Source: Paraglomus brasilianum (taxonomy: Eukaryota). From it: DNA of 20,000 nucleotides. The DNA is taken from positions 49,680 to 69,679 of the forward strand of contig CAJVPI010000043.1 of assembly GCA_910592345.1 (NCBI GenBank), written 5' to 3'. This document shows positions 10,551 through 20,000 of this stretch, piece by piece (within the stretch, counting starts at the first letter, position 1; each line of letters begins with the position of its first letter). Under the pieces are notes generated by a model. It searched no databases. It was not told where the DNA came from and worked only from the letters and a program-made list of their open reading frames with translations. The position numbers and the translations under genes are program-made.

Positions 10551-10655
10551 TTTTATATATCTATGTGAATTGTAGTTTTTTTTTTTTGGAGGGTTTTGTT
10601 TGAACGGGAAAAATTTTTTTTAGAGAGTTTTAAATTATATGGTATTATATATATA
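10551..10655 (-). promoter_or_regulatory. Candidate TATA elements for the 940-aa gene
   Basis: Minus-strand TATATATATAA (10655-10645) and TATATAAAA (10559-10551), upstream of an ATG-free leader. Confidence 0.35.
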
Positions 10656-10900
10656 GATGTCTACTGGATAGCGGGCGAATTTGTCCTTTTTTTTTTCCCC
10701 TCAAAGGTCAAAGGAACAAAACGGGGGGGATGGAACTCAAGCACGAGAAGAAACGGTTAAAAGGACGGACAGGGAATTCGTAATCAGCTGGGATGAAAAA
10801 AAAAAATAATCCGGTAATGGGGACTTTGTGTTAGGGAAATCTTCTTTTTTGTCGATGATATGTACGAAAACTGCTTACGGGGATTGACATTAGTATAAAT

Positions 10901-10943
10901 GGGGATGAGGGAGGGGGAAGAGGGAAAGGGGGGGGGGGTCGGG
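10901..10943 (+). repeat. Purine/G-rich tract with six G>=3 runs (G-quadruplex potential)
   Basis: GGGGATGAGGGAGGGGGAAGAGGGAAAG11TCGGG. Confidence 0.8.
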
Positions 10944-11201
10944 TGATAGAAGTGATATGATATAATTGAATAATACAATGTTTTAGTTCGAATAGTCACA
11001 TTTACATATGATATTCATATTAATCCTGTTGCATATCATATGTACAACAATCTTGTTTGTCTTATTATTATTGCGGAACGTTGCTGGAACACAAAACTGA
11101 TGACGTTTTATCAGGGATTGATGTTGGCACTTTGAGTATAGTCAGCCACACACACAGACTGATAGTGTGCAATGACTTGCATATGAAGAAAAGGGGGCCT
11201 A

Positions 11202-11306
11202 CATGATCATGATCATGATGATGATGCTGCTGTTGTTATTGTTGTTACTGTTATTGCTGTTAGCTGTTACTGTTGCTGTTGCTGTTGCTGCTGTTATTGT
11301 TGATGT
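11202..11306. repeat. Compound microsatellite (CATGAT)n-(GAT)n-(GTT/GCT)n
   Basis: Directly visible; it accounts for the low-complexity ends of the overlapping minus-strand ORFs. Confidence 0.85.
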
Positions 11307-11423
11307 AGTTTTGTATTTTGTAATGGAGTAGTGGTGATGCTGATAATGCTGATGAGGATGTGCGAGTGCTAAATATAAAGAGAGGAATATAATGGAATAC
11401 AGTAGAATATAATGGAAATAGTA

Positions 11424-11469
11424 AGCGTATATAATAATAAACACACAGCGTATATAATAATAAACACAC
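11424..11469. repeat. Perfect 23-nt tandem duplication AGCGTATATAATAATAAACACAC
   Basis: Copies at 11424-11446 and 11447-11469. An AATATAATGGAA duplication lies just upstream (11386-11417). Confidence 0.9.
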
Positions 11470-12542
11470 AACCTGCATAAAATAAATATAAATAACTTGC
11501 ATACAATATATTGTACGTTCTATTATATATCGTCCTATCGTAGCAAGTGTCAGTTTGTCTTGTGTTGTTTGGCCCTTGAAACCCAACATTCTGACAATTT
11601 GTGACAATTGCATCGGCAAAGTGCGACATTGACCTTGTAGCAAAAATGACTCCACTGTGCATGTGCTCATCTTTACAAACACCACATCGACTGCGCAAGC
11701 TGCGAATTTGAAACTGCAACGAAAAGTAAAATAATACAACAAAACAAAATAAATAAAATAAAAAATTAAAAACACTCGTCTCGTCTGGAATTCTCTTGGA
11801 ATTATAAAGCATAGAATTATCGCTCTTGTATTAAACCAATTATAGAGACTTTTGTGTTTCCCTCCCCTCCAAACTCTCTCGCCTTTTTTCTTTCTTCAGG
11901 AGATGTGTTCTTCGTCGCACTATCTCGGGCCATTTTGTCCCTCCTTGATGACACAGCCTTTTTTACATAGAATGGATAACAAATACAGTGACAAGATAGA
12001 CTGATATCACGGATAAGTGATTATTGGGCGATTATCAACCAATGCCGTTAATTGGTTCCCCCGCTTTACTATAACACTTGCTTATTTGACAGCGAAAATT
12101 CTGCCTAGAGCAATGTCAACATGGCAATTGCTGTTATGTAGAGTGAGTTTAATTCATTTGTTGTCAATTCCATTCGTTCGTCCATTCATTCAATTGTATT
12201 TTTGTTGCAGTAGTTGGCGCATTGTTTCGTAGTTCACTGTCTCGTGAAAATGATGGTATGCGCATGCCCTTCAGATGAAATTCATGACTACTATTATTAG
12301 TTAACTCAATTGACAGCTTCGTTACTATACATGGTTATATTGTTCTGTGTTCCATCTGCCCAAATATATTGGGGTATTATTGATCGAATGCTTTAAAATG
12401 TCCAATTGGCATTCACAAACTTTTCGATAAAAACTAAAAGATACAGCTCGCTCTTTTAGTAAATGACTTGAATGAGTCGAAACGAGCCTAGTCTCGACTG
12501 AATTGACGGCAGTGAATGGGATGTTGGAATAAGTAAAGACCG

Positions 12543-12618
12543 CCCCCATCACCACCCCCCCTTTCCCTCACCTCTCCCTCACCTCTCCCTCATCTCTCCC
12601 TCATCTCCCCCCCTCCCC
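12543..12618 (-). repeat. C-rich tract with 11-mer array CCCTCAYCTCT x4 (G-quadruplex potential on the minus strand)
   Basis: Units at 12565-12608, flanked by C runs. Confidence 0.85.
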
Positions 12619-13153
12619 TTTTTCCTCACACCCTCCTCCATCACATCCAACTGTGTTACTCGTAACATAAAGTATAAATGGTTTCATTGTTGTTATTGTT
12701 ATTGTGATGGATAATTATTGGCAGATGCATCACTTAAATTCAGCTCAATTAGTCACTTAAATGTTATCCGACACATCTACATCAACCAAAACAATACGCC
12801 GCAAGAACTAGACAATTATTAATATGTTATTAAATTAACAATTGTACTTAATAATTGTAACAATTGTTGACAGTGTTTATTAAAGCAGTTAACGAATATT
12901 CGTTTACTATCAATCAATCTCTATCATCACTCGATCAATTCATTCATCTGAGGCGCGCAACCTTTTCATGCACTCCGCTTGGACGAACATACACCCAACA
13001 AGCAGATGACCGGTTTTTTTGACTGCTTCTCGACCAACCGTCAACGGATTAATCGCCACCTGCAGGTATTATAAATATCGATCGACCACGATATACTGTA
13101 TATTGATAGTATTTATTACACACTGGCACTAGTAGGTACTAGCAGTATATACA

Positions 13154-13173
13154 ACATACATACATACATACAT
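13154..13173. repeat. (ACAT)5 microsatellite
   Basis: Directly visible. Confidence 0.85.
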
Positions 13174-13667
13174 ATATGTATGCATGTACATTACTCGTAT
13201 TGGCGTTGTATAATGATTGCAAATAATACGTAGTTGTTTACTTTATTATTGCTGCTTATTATTGCTTATTGACCACACCCCATTTTCTTTTCCGATAATA
13301 CACGACAAGGTGTCTCGTGAATTGTGTGTAATTGTGTGTGTAACATGGCAAGAATGTGATTTTTTAAAGTTCTTCTCGCGAGGAAAAAACTTGTTGTCTG
13401 TCAACAAATTCCAACTAGCCACACGAAAAAAAAAATTAATAATTTAACTTTGTACAATGAATCGGAAGCACAAATGACCTGCCTTTGCTCCATAGTATAA
13501 TAGATATATTGTCGTTTCTTATTCTTGGGACTTTTGTGTCTCGCAAAGCATGGCGGTTGAACCACGCATGTGATATTACGATTTTGTATTACTAGGTAAG
13601 GGTGGTGGAGTGAATGGATGCATACCACCACATTGATATATTTAGATTCTTATTATAACCGGAAGGG

Positions 13668-13698
13668 CAACAACAACAACAGCAACAACAACAACAAC
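13668..13698. repeat. (CAA)n microsatellite with one CAG
   Basis: Directly visible. Confidence 0.9.
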
Positions 13699-16600
13699 TT
13701 CTCAAGCCATTCGAGTTTTACTTCTTTTAGTTCATACAGTGTATAATATCATTGGAGACTGTACATGTCCCCAATTGCACACAAACGTTAAACTCATCAT
13801 GGTTGCACCGCAAAACTCTCAAATGAACGATCGTGCTTCACATTCTCGTACGCAATTCCTACTCGTTTGGCTTTTTGTCTTGTTGATCAGGGGGGCGGGA
13901 CCGAAAATCGATATTTTCAGCTCTTTTTTTTTTTTTTTTTTTTTGTTTGCTAAATTCGTTATGAACACATGAAATTCAAACGCTTACCGATTATTATAGA
14001 TTTTAGGGCTGCTCTTTTCTTTTTATTTTCTTTTCTTGAGAAAGGCCAAGTGTAATCACGATAAACTTGGCTAAATAAAAAAGAGAGCTTAACCAGTCAA
14101 CGGAAGGAGAAAACCGTTTCTTTTACAAGATTCCTATGCCATTACATTGAATACGTCATAATTGACTTGACACTTTAAACCTGTTCCTGGTCACAAATCA
14201 GACAGTGAGTGTGACATTACGAATTTTTGAACCGGGTTTCGGTGAAATCAAGGGAATACCAAACATTATTGAATGGAAAAACGTGACTTTGGAACAACAT
14301 ATCAGAAATGTTTGTTTGGAAAGGTGGGATGGAAGCTTTCCTTACCATATGCACTTTATTTACACGCGACTTTTGTCTGTGAAGGGGAAAGTGGACTTGT
14401 CTTATTTGTTCTGCACACAGATTGCACGCTTTGAGTGTAAACCGTATGATGGAGACGTGTGTAGAAAATCAGGTTTTGCACATGTTGATATGTTTTTAAT
14501 AAACGCTTGTCTGTAACTCGGCAAATTACACGCTACAATTGGTCAGTCTCTGAGAGGTATCGGGGATGATTCTCCAAAGAACTATAATAACAACACATCT
14601 TTACTGCAATAGTAATATTAAGATGTTTCCCATCAATAGAAAGATTGTCTCAATTTTGGGGAAAAAACATTGCACAAGTGTAGAATCAACATGACATATG
14701 ACAGTCTTACTTACAAGGTGTGCTACAATGAAACCCTCAAACTGAACAATTTACACATACTAATACTGGGGGATCAACATGATTGATGAGAAGAATAGTC
14801 AATCTCAACTTGTTTTAAAAAGGCTTTTGTCAATGTTACAATAGCTTAATCGTGACTCAATAGATTGAATGTGATAACTTTCTTTATCTGATTACAACCG
14901 ATAAATCACGCGTACGTTGTCAGGACAATGGATCTTCAACACGTAGAAGCAAAATATAACACATTTTGAAAATACCATAAGGCTGATTATTAGTTTTTTC
15001 TTCAATTTAAGTTTGTTATCCAGAATGCTATTCAGAAAATATTGTTTATTGGACAAGAGTCTGCCTTGATTAATTTATGTAAAAATCAGAGCGGTATTAA
15101 CAATTATTGCTAGCAAAAATGTCGAAAATTGATACTAGTAAAGAAAATGGAGATGTTCATGTCATTTTAATCTGGTTGCGACTGTGTCCAAAGTCGCCAC
15201 ATTTCAAATCAAGGCTCATGACTATGGCCTTTGTTGTACTGTCATTTAACGATCACGAACAAATTGATCGTGATTTCTTTAATATTAATTTTGAGGCAGG
15301 GTGGGAAAAGACAAGCATATCTAATGACGCCTGCGACGGTCTGTTTGCTGCATGCCCCATTTCCCCACTTTCAATACATCAGATGAATGTAATCATCGAA
15401 AGGTGAATCAAACTCGCCAACCCGCGCCTGAAAGTTGCTAACGAGTCCTTTTTTCCCATATATGTATTAAAATTTAGTTTATTAATGACGTAACATACAC
15501 ATTTGCATACTACTGCAAGATAAATGTCATTTCGAATACCAAGTTGCTCGATCATTCGCTTGCATATACAGTACGTCATGTATCATTTTTCGTTGTGAAA
15601 ATAGAACAAAGACTGTCAAGCGACTTACTTGGTCTCCGCAACGTTCAAACAGCTTGTCTCATTTAAAAAAAAAAGTCTCTCCATGCACTCTAAGCTAATA
15701 CTTGATTAACGTCATGCATAAGCAGGTAACACGGATCCTCTACTCCACAGCCAAAATTCAGGGGTTTTAGCTTACCTTTTTTTCCCGTCGATTGTCGTTT
15801 GTTTGTTTCCTTTACTACCGCGAAAATTTTTTTTCGCTTTCACAATCTTTATTATCTAGAATGGGCGAATGAAATCTAATAATAACTAGACTGAGTATAT
15901 ACTTTATGACTCGCGCAATTATTGCAAGTAATAAAGTGTCAGGACTGTTGGTTTGAGTTGAATGTTGCCAATTTTCAATGTTTGTTATCAATGAGTATCA
16001 ATTATAAAGATGAAAGAATCTCACTTTTTAATTCGTATCGCCATTTCTCTCTACTAAAACATCGCCATCTATATGAATATCGAGAAGATTGATCAAACAA
16101 CATCACGCTTTGCATGAACAGAAGCAACTATAAGTTTGCTGTCAAAAAAAAAGAAGCATTTATTCGCTCAGCCTACAAACAGCGACTTTTTTTTTCTCCA
16201 GCAAAGATGTCCAATTATGGATAGGACGTTCGAGTTCAGAATAGTGTAAGATTACACACCTAAAGAACCTCATATTCTGGCACCGTCAACGTCAGCGTCA
16301 ACAATCGCAAAGCAGGGGTATTTTTCACCAACAATCGTATACTTCAACCATCGCGAATCGGATTTAATCTACGCTTCGTGTGTGTCGAGTACAAGTCTCT
16401 GCTGTTAGAAGCATTATTATTACATTGACGGCTGCATTTGTATTGAGATTAGAAACTGCTCTCGAGTCTTACAATCACTAATCAAAGACGCAATACGTTC
16501 AAGAATTTTTTGGACAGTGACAATCATGTAGTGACCGCGCAAATACGTACTCTGGATATAGACCAATAAATTATGTCAAACGATTATTTCTGGAGGAACT

Positions 16601-17035
16601 CTAGCCCGTCTTTTAGATCATTACTCATATGTGCTGGTCAGCTTATACCAAGCGCCGAAATGGTTTTTCTGATGCTTGACGGCAACTAATAGTGGGTCGC
16701 TCTGTAATAACGATCAAGTGAAGCATTAATTGACAGTTAGAAAAAAGAGAGTATATGATGGGAAAAGAAAATTGCTTCTTTTTCAAATAGACGTTTGTTG
16801 AAATATTATATACTTGATATGGTTTGGTCCTTATAAACAAAGTTGACCGCTCTCTGAAACAGATAACAGAATTTTAATGTAAAAAACACCAACTGATATC
16901 ACAGTATTATTCCGAAAGAAATGAAAAGAAAATAAACGAATGAATTATATTAATACGAAACAGCTCACTCTTTTACCAATCAGTAACCGCATCAACAGTC
17001 GTTTGTCATTCCAGTCGATTGTTCATTTTTAGCAC

Positions 17036-17041
17036 TTTATT
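17036..17041 (-). terminator. Candidate polyadenylation signal AATAAA for pub1
   Basis: First minus-strand AATAAA I found after the stop, about 400 nt downstream. Fungal poly(A) signals are degenerate, so this is tentative. Confidence 0.3.
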
Positions 17042-17306
17042 GATTTTTGTCGGAGGAGTGTTTATATGTATATAGTTATATATGATGGTTGATGTAATAC
17101 TATGCTCGATCAATGCTGTCAAAGATAAAGTGGAAATTTCATAACAATTCAATAAATCACTTGATGGAAATTATTACAAAATACAACGGACGAACAAGTA
17201 AATGAATCGCGAAGAAAAATAAAAGAGAAAACAAACAGATCACCAAGAAAAAGAGTGTCCATCACATGTAATTAACAGAACAAATAGCACTCTTCGTCTA
17301 TTCACG

Positions 17307-17388
17307 CTCTCTCTCTCACTCACTCACACTCACACACACACTCTCACACACTCACACGCACACACTCTCTCTCACACGCACACACACA
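17307..17388. repeat. Compound (CT)n/(CA)n microsatellite in the pub1 3' UTR (UG/AG repeats in the mRNA)
   Basis: Directly visible, starting 50 nt after the stop codon. Confidence 0.9.
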
Positions 17389-17437
17389 AACTCTTTCACC
17401 TTATCTTCATCCTTCTTCTACCACTATCATACACGCT

Positions 17438-19543
17438 TCATCCAGAATAAGCATTTCCGCCAGAATGACTATGAGGATGTCCACCAGCGACGGCGTGCGG
17501 CGACGTAGGTCCTCCCATTCCAGGTGCGCCGAGTCCGGGTGCACCCAAACCAGGTGCAGCCGATCCGTGTCCTGCCTGTGCATTATATCCGTACCCACCG
17601 TAATATCCATATGGTTCATAATTAGCATTACCCCCATAATAAGTATCCCATGCAGCATTAGCATGTTGTGTTTGAGCAGCTACTGCTGCATTGCCATCGA
17701 GTGATGCAATGGACTGAGGTGGAGCTGTCATGCCCGGCGGAAGATCATATCCAGTTTCTGATCCTGGAGTAGGATAGTGATGAGCGGCATGATTACTGAA
17801 GTAACCATAAGTATTATAACTATAAGTTGACGGAATACTATAGGCAACTGCTGCTGCAGCGGCGGCAGCATGATACGAATTGGCTCCCTGATCCGGTGCC
17901 CTGTCTTTACCCCAAGAACACTGTTGGTCGCAGAGACCAAAATGCAATGTCGGCAAATCAGCAAATAATGGTTAATTGGATAGCAAGAATATCGATGATG
18001 GTTAGTTACCTTGATGATTCTACCATTGATTTGGGTATTTTGCAAATTGACAATTGCACGAGCGGCTGCATCATGCGTATCTAATCTGTGATTATCGAAC
18101 ATGAGTGAGTTCCGAAGTCCCGCGTCAATTATATAATTAACCAGTAAGAATAGCTGAGCTTACTTCACAAAAGCAAACCCCCGATCTGCCTGCATGCGAA
18201 TCTCGATAATAAATCCATATGGTTGAAAGTATGGCATCAAGTGTTCCTCTATTGAAAAATGTTACTAATGGTCAATCGTCGCCATACGAAAAAGAATCAC
18301 GCATTACCCCACCGTGGTTATTATTCGCATCAGTATCATTCTATTATCCTTTGCTTGTTCTACTACCTATTTATAACTACTATAACACATGTCTTATTTG
18401 CCAATCCACCTTTTCTTCACCCCGGATATTAATGTTTCCGCTCTAACAATACTTACGTGTAGTAAATGGTGGCAAGTTTCCTACATATACGGTGCTATTG
18501 TACTGAGGTGTCTGTGCGACAACAATGTCGTAAGAAAGTTGAGGTGCTTGCGGAGTATTTCCTGTCAACGTGCGCATGATCACGCGGAAAATCAACAAAT
18601 GACAGAAATATGCAAAGCAAAATTTGAACCTATAGGTACCTTGTCGATCAGACGTATTGCTACCCGGACCTGGCTGGCCTTTCTGATTTGCCCAGTTGCA
18701 TCGAATAGCACGACTACCTAACCATTCGCCTGTATAAAATTTGCATGAAAAAACAATGTGTGGTAAAATAAGAAATTAGATGTGATCTCTTTCATACACA
18801 CTCTTCATCCACATTTCGCGCTCTTGACTCTGATCAACTAAACCATATCTAATGTAAATCTCACCGTTCATGGTTGCAATTGCTTGCTCAGCGTCCTGAG
18901 AATAGTGTATTGGCAGTGTAAACATGGTATGTACAAATGATTACGTCCAAAAGACCAGCACTTACAGTCTTGTCACGAAAAGCCACGAACCCATATCCTC
19001 GAGATTTCCCTGAATTAACATCCCACATAACACGAGCATCCCTATCAAACAGCCAAATCATAAGTGTTACTACCAATAGAATTCTATGTAAAAACAAGAC
19101 ACAGATTAAATGTGGATTTGTCAATCTAGACTTACGACATGCTTCCGAATGCGCTAAACGCCTTTGCTAGTACTTCATCGTTTACCTCTGGACTCAAGTC
19201 GCCAACAAAAATGTGATAGTGATCTATATAAAAAACAGTGAGAAAAAGTACACCTTATAAAACGCAAAATTCTACAGGCTATATGTCTGTAAGAGTACTT
19301 GATGTGTCTTCTTTATGTTGTTGTTGCCCTTGGAAAGCCCAATTAACTTTGATTTCCTAACCAGTATCACAAAGCAAAAGTCAATATGATATGTCCATCA
19401 CATGTACAAGCCCCCATGCAAATCGTGTGTTCACTGCTCACCATGTCATACACCCTTCTCCCATTCAATGTCTGTAAAGCTTGTTCAGCAGAGCGATGAT
19501 CATTAAATTCAACAAACCCGTAATTCAAGCCACCGTGTTGATA
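17438..19543 (-). CDS. pub1: Pub1/TIA-1-family triple-RRM RNA-binding protein, 5'-partial; exons 19543-19442, 19356-19299, 19223-19136, 19041-18966, 18895-18865, 18729-18640, 18561-18457, 18248-18164, 18085-18010, 17920-17438
   Basis: Nine GT-AG introns splice in frame. End of RRM1: LNYGFVEFNDHRSAEQALQTLNGRRVYDMEIKVNWA. RRM2: KEDTSNHYHIFVGDLSPEVNDEVLAKAFSAFGSMSDARVMWDVNSGKSRGYGFVAFRDKTDAEQAIATMNGEWLGSRAIRCNWANQK. RRM3: STVYVGNLPPFTTQEHLMPYFQPYGFIIEIRMQADRGFAFVKLDTHDAAARAIVNLQNTQINGRIIKCSWGKDR. A Y/G/A/H-rich low-complexity tail follows. These motifs are characteristic of fungal Pub1. Perfect branch point TACTAAC at 19587-19581. Confidence 0.95.
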
Positions 19544-20000
19544 CTGAATTCATAAAAAACAATAAAGAAAAATCAAGATGGTTAGTAAGAATCATGATTG
19601 GTTTATAGGAAGAAATTATAGATTCGTCTCATTTATTATCTAATATTATATATAAGAGAAGACCCAATCCATATCAAAATATTCTACCGCTCCTCTGCTC
19701 TAATCTACAAAACACATCACAGTGACAATCAATAGTGAATGTCTACAAAAGCATGCCCGGTCCTCAGTAAACAACAAAATCAGAAAAAAAGAGAGAAATA
19801 AAGAAAGTATTGATCATAAAGAGAGATTTTCGACGAGATCGACAGAGATCGAGAGACAGAGAAGACAGAAAGATAGATAGTGATGTGAAGATAAAGGAAT
19901 TCCAACCTTTGAGCTGCGACATAAAGATTTTATGGATTCGCAACTCGAGAGAGAGACGTTCCAGTGTAGAAGCCCACAAGCCCAAGTATTCACGGTTTTG

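Noticed and set aside
11096..11114. CTGATGA motifs (about 11097 and 11349) as hammerhead ribozyme or C/D snoRNA cores
   Set aside because: No correctly placed GAAA and stems for a hammerhead, and no terminal stem or recognisable rRNA guide for a snoRNA.
11199..11812. Three overlapping minus-strand ORFs (90-171 aa)
   Set aside because: They run through microsatellites and a tandem duplication, are Y/F/I/L-rich as expected from AT-rich DNA, and show no recognisable domain.
14205..14516. 103-aa GTG-start ORF (and the 99-aa ORF at 15107-15406) as transposon remnants
   Set aside because: No ATG start, no RT, integrase or transposase motifs, and no terminal repeats recognised.
15245..15430. Minus-strand frame running through an in-frame TGA (possible selenoprotein)
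   Set aside because: No CxxU/UxxC context, no similarity to a selenoprotein family that I recognise, and no SECIS identified.
19291..19298. pub1 donor GTACTCTT as a possible U12-type 5' splice site
   Set aside because: It differs from GTATCCTT at the critical +4/+5 positions and there is no TCCTTAAC branch site; treated as a weak U2 donor.
19764..19985. 73-aa minus-strand ORF as the upstream pub1 exon
   Set aside because: No RRM1 RNP2 motif; it is the translation of a pyrimidine-rich intronic tract.

Overview
This is AT-rich, intron-containing eukaryotic DNA. The proteins and short GT-AG introns (mostly 70-135 nt) point to a fungus, probably an early-diverging Mucoromycota/Glomeromycotina-like lineage (inference). 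Four protein-coding genes can be reconstructed by splicing by hand: (1) the 3' end of a UBXN4/Ubx7-like UBX gene (+, 131-758); (2) a 2-exon 152-aa Ser/Pro-rich protein of unknown function (+, 4046-4581); (3) a 4-exon 940-aa uncharacterised protein (-, 10171-6881) with a coiled-coil-like N-terminus, acidic disordered tracts, a central hydrophobic segment and PPxY, AIM/LIR-like and FFAT-like motifs; (4) 10 exons of a Pub1/TIA-1 triple-RRM gene (-, 19543-17438; 5' end outside the window). The rest is long intergenic DNA, including 7.2 kb with no recognisable gene, carrying microsatellites and G-quadruplex-type tracts. I saw no tRNA, rRNA, transposase or CRISPR array. The best leads are the 940-aa protein as a possible undescribed organelle-autophagy or contact-site adaptor, and splice features in pub1 that suggest autoregulation. 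Both are inferences and need testing.
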